A DNA stretch of 50,881 nt, from positions 1 to 50,881 of the forward strand of contig CAZVZC010000010.1 in NCBI GenBank assembly GCA_964631415.1. Direction: 5' to 3'. This DNA comes from an uncultured archaeon (lineage in GTDB: Archaea > Asgardarchaeota > Thorarchaeia > Thorarchaeales > Thorarchaeaceae). The notes beneath the pieces are model-generated. The model had not been told where the DNA came from, did no database searches, and saw only the letters and a list, made by a program, of their open reading frames with translations. Every line of letters begins with the position of its first letter. Position 1 is the stretch's first letter. Shown here piece by piece: positions 38,414-46,375 of the stretch. The position numbers and the translations under genes are program-made.

Positions 38414-40012
38414 TCACTCTGGTGGTAGAGACTCGTAGATAGATCCTATTTCGATGTTCTTCTTCCTGAGATGCCGGGCATACACTACGAACCACAATGC
38501 CGAGAAGCCATACTGCACTGTCATCATGACTACGGAGAGGAACGCTGCTCCTTGGAAGAAGCCGATCATCACGAAGAGTGACAACGGCAGTATTATGATA
38601 CCCAGCAATGACATCAATGGGAATCCAGCAATCTCGGGTTGCTTCCTGATGCTGCCCTCGTATAGTGGTTTCTTCAGATATGGAAGCTGGAGAGCAGCCA
38701 TGGACTGGAATATCATCTCAATGCCCCAAAGGCCAACTAGGGATGTAATGACACCGATGAGACCGACCATTCCTGGCAATGTGAAGACAACTGCAAACGG
38801 CACACCGAAGAGGAAGTAGTAAGCGATTGCCCAGGTTGGGGTGTGGAACTTGGACAGCTTTCCAAAGAACGATGGCATCACGCGGTCAAGCGAGCCTTGG
38901 AAGAACCCTCGGGTAACCCACGCCATGTTGATCGGAGTCGCAGTCAGCCCAATCACTGGAGCGGAGAGTAGGATCCAACCTGAGATAACAGGATTCGCTG
39001 CAAGTACAGCTGACATTGTTCCAAAGCCAGTGGAGAAGACAGGAGATATCGTCAGCAGACCTGAGCCGGCTGCTACTGCATATTGAGTGGAGAAGTAACC
39101 GAACGTGCCTTGGAACACGGCTGCTCCTCCTGCGAGCAATACCGCTAGGATGATGCCGCCAAACACCTGTACGAGCACTAGGTTCTTCGCGGGGTCAGAC
39201 ATCTCGCCGCCATAGTGTAGGATTAGATACGGCCAGACTAGGCCGACGGGCCACACTGTACCTAGGAATGTCATTGTCCAATTGAAAGCGGGCGCAACAG
39301 CATATCCCGCCCCCGTGGCAACACTCACAACCTCGCTGTAGGCTCCCGCTCCAAAGGTGGTGTCCCATCTTGTCTGGACTGCGCCCGTGGGAGTGGAAAC
39401 CAAGACCAAGATTGCCATTATCCATCCTATTGTGGAGAATAGACCACCAATCATCTGAATGCGTGGCTCAACCTTGAATAGCGGACCCAAGTATGCAATG
39501 ATGCAGAAGACTAACATCAGGAATATCGAGAGTCCGACAAGCAAGGCTGGATTTCCTGCCTGTGCTGACATTGCCAACCCCCAACCTGACAGCAATGCAT
39601 TACCGGTTACCGCACCCCACTGAGAGAAGGCCGCCCCGAGGAACACAATGAAGAGGAAGAACTCGCTCATCTTGATGATTGGATTCGCGATTATCCCCCG
39701 CCACACTGCGAGTATCCCCGTGACCGGGTTGAAACCTCTGGCTGAGATCTGGTAGATACCTGCTGACCGAGGCATTGCCATGGACAGCAGTGTTAGCATA
39801 ACTGTGTAAATCAACATGAAGCCCATGCCTATGCCCCAGGTTAAGCCTGCGCTTATGCCCGGGTACATATCCTGAAGTACACCGACGAACATCCATTGCC
39901 AAGTGCCAAGGCTGGCACCTATTATGGCAAACAGAGATGTCCACGTGCCGAAGTACTTGGTAAGGCCTGATGTTGGTCTTAGAAAGAGAACTTCGCCTGT
40001 ACGTTGAGACAT
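38414..40012 (-). CDS. APC-superfamily amino acid/amine permease
   Basis: FLRPTSGL, AMPRSAGIY, YGGEM, DRVMP..FGKL.KFHTP; about 12 TM segments. Confidence 0.88.
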   Translation of the reverse strand: MSQRTGEVLFLRPTSGLTKYFGTWTSLFAIIGASLGTWQWMFVGVLQDMYPGISAGLTWGIGMGFMLIYTVMLTLLSMAMPRSAGIYQISARGFNPVTGILAVWRGIIANPIIKMSEFFLFIVFLGAAFSQWGAVTGNALLSGWGLAMSAQAGNPALLVGLSIFLMLVFCIIAYLGPLFKVEPRIQMIGGLFSTIGWIMAILVLVSTPTGAVQTRWDTTFGAGAYSEVVSVATGAGYAVAPAFNWTMTFLGTVWPVGLVWPYLILHYGGEMSDPAKNLVLVQVFGGIILAVLLAGGAAVFQGTFGYFSTQYAVAAGSGLLTISPVFSTGFGTMSAVLAANPVISGWILLSAPVIGLTATPINMAWVTRGFFQGSLDRVMPSFFGKLSKFHTPTWAIAYYFLFGVPFAVVFTLPGMVGLIGVITSLVGLWGIEMIFQSMAALQLPYLKKPLYEGSIRKQPEIAGFPLMSLLGIIILPLSLFVMIGFFQGAAFLSVVMMTVQYGFSALWFVVYARHLRKKNIEIGSIYESLPPE

Positions 40013-40113
40013 TTGATTAGCCTCTTAAACGTAAATGCAACCTGCGCTGGCATTTAAGAGTTTTGTATCGAATCGAGAAGCTAAAGTGCAACGAGTTCTG
40101 CAGAGGCATGGAG

Positions 40114-40821
40114 CTATAATGTCACTTTAACAATATAGTACCTTCTCCAAGGTCGGGGTTTCTTGACGACCTCGATGTGGTCGTAGTCGATGCATCCTAG
40201 ACCGACCATATGCTTCTCGGGCTCCTCACCTGTCTGCAGGAGGTACTTACGCAGCTCTTCGATGAGCATTTGCACCGTTTCTCGAAGGTCGCCGGAGCGA
40301 AGCTTCTGTGCCTCCGGGTTTTCTCTGAAATAGGCGTCTATCTTGCTGGCGATTCTTGCCCCAAGGATGCTTCTGGAAACTAGGCCTGTGAGTAGTGAGC
40401 CAAGAGCAACAAAGATCATGTAGGGCGCTATCTGCTGAATAATGCTAACCCCGGGAGCCAGAAGTGATGCAAACAGAATGATGAAGGCAACAGGGACCAG
40501 GATTTGCCACATTGCTTCTATGTAGGACTGTATCTTGGCCAGTCGGCGTGCCCCCGGTATCTTGACAGTGATTCGGGCCATTTTGTACATCTTGAGCTGG
40601 ACCGATTTCCAGTCGTCTGCAAAAGAGCGGCCGAGATTGCCCTGCTGAGCTTTCCTGTCAATCCAGCTGAAGTCATAGAACACATGAGACCGGTAGGCGT
40701 CTATGGTATAAGCGACCTTTCCGATTTCGGTGGGGTCTATCTTGCTTTGACGTGCGCTCGGCTGGGAACGTCCACGGTCTGTACGTCCGCTCTCATCGTC
40801 ATCACGCATCATTCTTGTCAC
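40114..40821 (-). CDS. Hypothetical 2-TM membrane protein
   Basis: Two central hydrophobic helices; starts 11 nt after the phosphoesterase stop. Confidence 0.75.
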   Translation of the reverse strand: MTRMMRDDDESGRTDRGRSQPSARQSKIDPTEIGKVAYTIDAYRSHVFYDFSWIDRKAQQGNLGRSFADDWKSVQLKMYKMARITVKIPGARRLAKIQSYIEAMWQILVPVAFIILFASLLAPGVSIIQQIAPYMIFVALGSLLTGLVSRSILGARIASKIDAYFRENPEAQKLRSGDLRETVQMLIEELRKYLLQTGEEPEKHMVGLGCIDYDHIEVVKKPRPWRRYYIVKVTL

Positions 40822-40832
40822 GGCTCTGGTGA

Positions 40833-41807
40833 CTACGCTGACACGTTCAGTACTTCAACCTTCCCACCAGCACTCTTCGGCAGGTCGAGAACAAAAGCAT
40901 TCAGCATGCCTTGAATGTAGACAGAGCCCGAGTTCACACACAGAGTCCTACCTATCTGCTCTATGCCCCCCGACTCATGAATGTGACCGTGAAGGCCAAG
41001 CAGAGGTTGGTGCTTCTCGATCAACTCCCGCATGCTCTTGCTGCCTACGTGGACCATCTCGACGTTGCCAAAGCGAACCTTCACTTTCTGCTGGCTGTCC
41101 AGTTTTGGAGCAAGATCAAGTCGCGTACCGTATGGAGGCGCATGGAAGTTGCAGATCAGGTTCTCGTACTGCACGACTCGATCGAACTCCTTCTGCAGCT
41201 TGGGTCTTAGATCTTCGTCAGAGCATTCACGTGGTGTTCCCCAAGGTGTGGAGTTCACCCACTCACAGCTGATCATCGAGTGAAGGTCATCAATCTCTAC
41301 CACGCGTTCGATGGGGTATATGACCCTCCCGCTGTTTTTGATGAGATCGTCGATGGCCTGCGCGTCATCGTTTCCTGGTGATACGACAACTTTCACGTCA
41401 GCGGGAACCGTTTCCTCAATCCATCGGAGCCAATCGCGCATCCTGTCAATCATTAGTTTGGCAAAGAGATCACTTGCTTTCTTGTGGTCTGACTGCAACT
41501 CAGTCAGCTCAGACTCAGTGGTCATGAACCAGTAGAAGCCGCGCTTCTCGAATGCCTTCTTCGCCGCGTCAACTGCTTCTTGGTTCTTGTACTTCTCCCT
41601 TGTCCCGTACGCAGCTGACCACCAAGAGCCCGGCTTTTCTTCTATGATGGGAACAAGAGCCTTCCCGGTCAGGTCCCCGCACATCATGACCACATCACAC
41701 TTGTATGCTTCGTGGACCTTCGCCATCTTTCGCAGTACTGGAACGCTTCCGTGAGCATCGCAAGAGAAGAAGAGTCGCGTCATCGGCTTAATCCTTTTCG
41801 AAGGCAC
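40833..41807 (-). CDS. Calcineurin-like metallophosphoesterase (Icc-related)
   Basis: CDAHGS, GDLTGK, PGNDD, FHAPP, LHGHIHE; alternative ATG at 41783. Confidence 0.9.
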   Translation of the reverse strand: MPSKRIKPMTRLFFSCDAHGSVPVLRKMAKVHEAYKCDVVMMCGDLTGKALVPIIEEKPGSWWSAAYGTREKYKNQEAVDAAKKAFEKRGFYWFMTTESELTELQSDHKKASDLFAKLMIDRMRDWLRWIEETVPADVKVVVSPGNDDAQAIDDLIKNSGRVIYPIERVVEIDDLHSMISCEWVNSTPWGTPRECSDEDLRPKLQKEFDRVVQYENLICNFHAPPYGTRLDLAPKLDSQQKVKVRFGNVEMVHVGSKSMRELIEKHQPLLGLHGHIHESGGIEQIGRTLCVNSGSVYIQGMLNAFVLDLPKSAGGKVEVLNVSA

Positions 41808-41818
41808 CGGAACAGATA

Positions 41819-41854
41819 TTTAAGTGTTAACGTGGGGGTCCATAACAACTTAAA
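41819..41854. promoter_or_regulatory. Symmetric, overlapping divergent promoter
   Basis: tttaagtgtta (41819-41829) and its near reverse complement taacaacttaaa (41843-41854). Confidence 0.5.
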
Positions 41855-41868
41855 ACTGAGGACTCTTC

Positions 41869-42651
41869 ATGCAGGGAGTTACAGGGTCGAATGATGCATT
41901 CGTCAAGGAAGGCTTGCGGATCGTACGGGCTGCTGAAAAGGAAGGGGTAGTCCTCAGAGTCATGGGTGCTGTGGCAATCAGGATTCATTGCCCTGGGTCC
42001 CTTGACCTGCTCCAAGAGCTTGGACGTGACATATCAGACATCGATTTCGTGGGCTACGAGAAGCAGACCTCAAAGATAGAGAAATTGATGCCGACTCTTG
42101 GCTACACCAGCAGGCAACTATCTTACAGCTTTGTACAGGCAGGACGACTGATCTTCTTGGACAGTTCCGACCCGACTGGGTCCAAGCACATCGATGTCTT
42201 TCTTGATAGACTGGCAATGTGCCATACCATTCCCTACTTGGGACGACTTGAGGTTGACAGTCCTACAGTCCCTCTGGCAGAGATTCTGCTTCAGAAGACT
42301 CAGATTGTGCAGCTGAGTGAGAAGGATGTCAAAGACACCATGGTGCTTTTCAAAGAGCATGACATAGGCGCGAATGACTCGGACACAATCAACATACGCT
42401 ATATCGCTGAGCTACTGTCGAAAGACTGGGGGTTTTACTACACTGTGACTACAAACCTGCAGAAGGTGAAGTCACTAGTCAGCGGGTTTTCGGTCCTGTC
42501 AGCACAAGACAGGCAAGTTGTTGTGTCTAGGATTGACAATAGCCTTGCTAGGCTCGATGCTGAGCCGAAGACCAGTGCTTGGAGAATGCGTGCAAAGGTT
42601 GGGGTTAAGAAAAAGTGGTACAAGGATGTGTACTCCCCCACCAAGCTCTAG
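41869..42651 (+). CDS. Pol-beta superfamily nucleotidyltransferase-like protein
   Basis: VMGAVAI, DISDIDF (DxD), HIDVF (third Asp), KD.KD, DWG. Confidence 0.78.
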   Translation: MQGVTGSNDAFVKEGLRIVRAAEKEGVVLRVMGAVAIRIHCPGSLDLLQELGRDISDIDFVGYEKQTSKIEKLMPTLGYTSRQLSYSFVQAGRLIFLDSSDPTGSKHIDVFLDRLAMCHTIPYLGRLEVDSPTVPLAEILLQKTQIVQLSEKDVKDTMVLFKEHDIGANDSDTINIRYIAELLSKDWGFYYTVTTNLQKVKSLVSGFSVLSAQDRQVVVSRIDNSLARLDAEPKTSAWRMRAKVGVKKKWYKDVYSPTKL

Positions 42652-42761
42652 TCCCGCCAAACCGAATCCTAACTCTGGTCTGCGATGCTCTCTCCTGTCT
42701 CAGCCATCCACTGCCTCTGTCTATTTAACGATACTAGGCCGCCGAGTCCTCCGAAGCTCAA

Positions 42762-43832
42762 TCATTTCGGGAAGACTATCTGCACTTTGATTGATTTCGA
42801 CTTCTCCTTGTTCAGAGCGACGTCGAATGCAGCGGGAGCATCACTGAGAGGATATCGGTGAGTGATGAGCTTCTTAACATCCAGCTTACCTCGAGCCAGA
42901 AGGTCGAGAGATATGGCGAACTCCTTGATGTGAGTCCAGTTCTCGTACCCCCAAGCCGATCTCATGACGAGTTCCTTGGTCAGGAATCCGAATGGTTCGA
43001 TTGTGACTGGCTTCACGTAGATTCCGGTCATCACCAGGATTCCCCTGCGCCTTAGAATGGATAGGCCATCAGTGATTGCAGATGACTCCCCGCCAACAGA
43101 TTCTATGACCTTGTCTACTCCATTGCCACCTGTCAATTCATTGATTCTGTCAACAGGTTTCTCAGTGCGTGCATTGATCGTGCTTGCGGCTCCGAAATCC
43201 TTCGCTGCTCTTAGCTGGAAGTCGTGTGTGCCCACCGCATGAACTTCCCTCGCACCCGCCAGTAACGCCGCCCTGACTGCAAGAAGTCCGATTGTGCCGG
43301 CACCAAACACTGCGACCGTGTCTTCATTGGAAACCCGTGCGAGCCTGACTGCATGCTCGGCCACGGAGATGCAGTCCAGCATGGCTGCCTCTTCGAATGA
43401 TACATTCTCTGGCAGCTTGAAACAACTGTCAGCCGGCACCGCGCAATACTCGGCCATACCACCATTGAGGTAGAATCCTATGAGCCGAGAGGCAGAGCAC
43501 AGATTGTACCATCCGGCACGACACCACTTGCACACGCCGCAGCTGATGGTGGGTTCAACCCCAACTCTGTCACCTTTGACAATCCCTCTTACATCAGGCC
43601 CCACCTGGTAGACCTCTCCCGACAGTTCATGCCCCGGCACGTATTTCCCCTCCCCGAGTTCAGAGGAAACGGGGATGAACGTCTTCTGTTTGTAGAGGTG
43701 CAGGTCGCTCCCACATATCCCTGTGGCTCTGACCTTCAGGAGGACCCAGTCCGGCCGAAGGTCCGCAATGTTGATGTTCTCCACTCTGACGTCCTTCGGA
43801 CCGTACAGAACTGCTGCTCGTGTGCTTTTCAT
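42762..43832 (-). CDS. Zn-dependent medium-chain alcohol dehydrogenase (Tdh/GutB-like)
   Basis: GICGSDLH, GHE, CGVCKWC.......C, GAGTIG. Confidence 0.92.
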   Translation of the reverse strand: MKSTRAAVLYGPKDVRVENINIADLRPDWVLLKVRATGICGSDLHLYKQKTFIPVSSELGEGKYVPGHELSGEVYQVGPDVRGIVKGDRVGVEPTISCGVCKWCRAGWYNLCSASRLIGFYLNGGMAEYCAVPADSCFKLPENVSFEEAAMLDCISVAEHAVRLARVSNEDTVAVFGAGTIGLLAVRAALLAGAREVHAVGTHDFQLRAAKDFGAASTINARTEKPVDRINELTGGNGVDKVIESVGGESSAITDGLSILRRRGILVMTGIYVKPVTIEPFGFLTKELVMRSAWGYENWTHIKEFAISLDLLARGKLDVKKLITHRYPLSDAPAAFDVALNKEKSKSIKVQIVFPK

Positions 43833-44015
43833 GCTCGACACCTCGTCGTATGCAAGGAAGAAGAATGCGATACATAAGTGTTATTCTGAAATCCGCGGCT
43901 CGACCTGCTGTCGTCACACAAACGTCATTAGATATGCCATGGTCCATCACGTGATTATGGCGTGAAGACCTCTTCTTGTCGACCCACTCTTGACTCGCAT
44001 TCGCTCCGTCTGATT

Positions 44016-44351
44016 CTAGACAATGGCCGGCTCTTGTGTGGTTTGTTTCTCTCTCTCCTTTCCTTCTCTGGCACTGCCGAGGCATAGGAGTATAACAATC
44101 GGTATGATGAAGATCCATAAGATAATTGGCACAAAGAGAACACAAATGACAAGGACTAGGACGGCCCACAAATTGGGTGATGACTCGCCAGTGCTTTCGG
44201 CTTCAGCTATATCTACGACGGGTAATCCTTCAGGACGCGTGAGAGGCTTCGCACAGAATTGGCACCTATAAGTTCCATCTGCCGCAAGGATCAGTATTGT
44301 GGATCTGCCGCAAGACTGGCAGTCCGCCATTGCTCCGCGCTCTTGAGCCAA
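44016..44351 (-). CDS. Small Zn-ribbon + TM-hairpin protein (paralog 1)
   Basis: CQSC..ILAADGTYRCQFC, long hydrophobic stretch; TTG start after GGTGGAG. Confidence 0.7.
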   Translation of the reverse strand: MAQERGAMADCQSCGRSTILILAADGTYRCQFCAKPLTRPEGLPVVDIAEAESTGESSPNLWAVLVLVICVLFVPIILWIFIIPIVILLCLGSAREGKEREKQTTQEPAIV

Positions 44352-44576
44352 CGCTCCACCACCTTGTGCAGAAGAGTGGAAAATGTGGTATAAGCCTTTA
44401 GGCAGACAGGAGGGGCTTGAGTGCAGACGCTGCTCGGCAATCTGTGCTATTCATGACGCAGTTCAAAATGAAAAAAGCATTCGTTGGAGATCGCCGGAAG
44501 ACTGGTCGAAACATGAATGTGAGAGTAACTGAAGTCGGACTGTGCCACAGTCCTCCATGGGTAGTCACATCTGACC

Positions 44577-44912
44577 TTAGACAATGCTCGCGTCTTCTGA
44601 GGCCGGCTTCTTTTCTTGGTCCCGGTCGGTGGCCATTCCTATGCATAGTAACACCACAAAGGGTGAGACAACTAACCAGAAGGCTATCGGCAGAAAGAGC
44701 ACGCAAATGGCAAACACAGCTACTGCACACAGAAGACCTGAGATATCGACCGTGCTTTGGGGCTGTGCCTCTGCCGCTGGGGCCAATCCCTCAGGAAATG
44801 TAATAGGCTTCGCACAGTAGCGACACCTGTATGTTCCATCGGCCGCAAGGATTAGTGTTGTAGAGCTAACACAAGAGGGACATATTACGAGATCACCATG
44901 CTCCCGATCCAT
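44577..44912 (-). CDS. Small Zn-ribbon + TM-hairpin protein (paralog 2)
   Basis: CPSC..LILAADGTYRCRYC; same 111-aa length and layout as paralog 1. Confidence 0.7.
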   Translation of the reverse strand: MDREHGDLVICPSCVSSTTLILAADGTYRCRYCAKPITFPEGLAPAAEAQPQSTVDISGLLCAVAVFAICVLFLPIAFWLVVSPFVVLLCIGMATDRDQEKKPASEDASIV

Positions 44913-46375
44913 GGCTCCGACTCCTCACTCAGTACTCTCAGAATAACGAGATAAGGCTTCCGACAGCCAAGACCGGGCAAGTCATGCATGTTGTTTGCAG
45001 AGCAAGAAGCGATGTGCAAGCGGTGTCTGAGCAGTGGCGCAGAGGGGCGTGTGTCAGGCCTACCGAGAGATAGCACAAGATACAACGAGAGCCATGAAGG
45101 CAAGATGGTTCAGATTACACGTGTCGTTTGCGTGCGAGTCAAAGGGCTTGGGCGGCACAAGACATGTCCGGGGACAAGTCCGCGCAACTCTCAAGACTGA
45201 GAGGAGAAGCAAAGCTGGGCAGCTGTGCGATTCACCTTTAGGAGTCAGCTGGTGTTATTGAGAGCGCCATGCCACGAGATCTCCATTTGTCCAAAGAGGC
45301 CAAGTGGAAGCTTCAATACGTTCGGACACCAACATGATGCATAGAGAGAGCAGCCATTCAGGGAACTGCATTACGGGTTTGGCTATGACCTCAAGGTCAT
45401 AGATACATTGAACGAGGAATGTCCACATTGTGGAGGCAGACTCATTGAGAAGCATCAAGAAACCGTCGTCGAGGAAGGCAAGGCGATCGTATTCGTGCAC
45501 TTCCGCTGTGTGAAATGCGGGAAGTGGACAAAGCGAGAACGGCTTTAGCTGTCAGGAAGCCTAGGGGGTGGCCGGGGTCCCCAGGGAATCGTGGTTGCAG
45601 AGGGGAGTTTCTTGCTTGAGGGCATTTGGGGAAAACTAGCCCTGCTGACAGGCCGACCACCGATTGGATGTTTGCTGAGGTCACTAATAAGTGCCGCCTA
45701 TCCTTCAGCGTTAGACATTGGCGCTTCGGACCACTGGGGCGACATCGGCGCCAAGCACGTGATTACGGCTCATGATAGGTCTGTGAAGAGTCTGCGCACA
45801 AGCGATCGAGTCCTGCATGGAAGGGCGGCCTATTTGACTGGTTATATATACATCGACCCCTTGCTGTTGGGGTTATTGATCTGGGTCGATACCTAGTGGG
45901 CTCCATTCTTCTCTGCTGGGTGAAAACCAGTCAATGTCAAAAGGGCCGCCCATTCGTCCTTGTCTGGAATGAAACGAAGGGGCTAGTTCCGACGGCTCAG
46001 AATCACAGGCATCGTGTTGTGAATTGGCTCCAACAGTTCGGCTGATTCTGTTACGATAATCGCATACAACTGTAGAAACAATCAAAGCGAGCAACAGGAT
46101 TCGCGCTTCACACATCTGCTTCCACAAGAGTGGCTACTGCTTCAAGAGGATTTAGGGAGTCCCACAGGTCTCCAGCTGTTCCTCTGTGTGGTGAGCTCAA
46201 TGCAGCCTAAACAGAGTCGGACTAAGAGTGTCCCAAATGAGGTGAAGTCTGTATGAGTTTATCTTATCTGCATTGTTCTGCAAGGTTTAGCCGCTTGCCG
46301 TGATCATGCGGCCAGTCAAAGGATTAGTTGGCCATCGCGAAATGGCCGGCATCTGTTGGGCGGGGACCTCTAACG

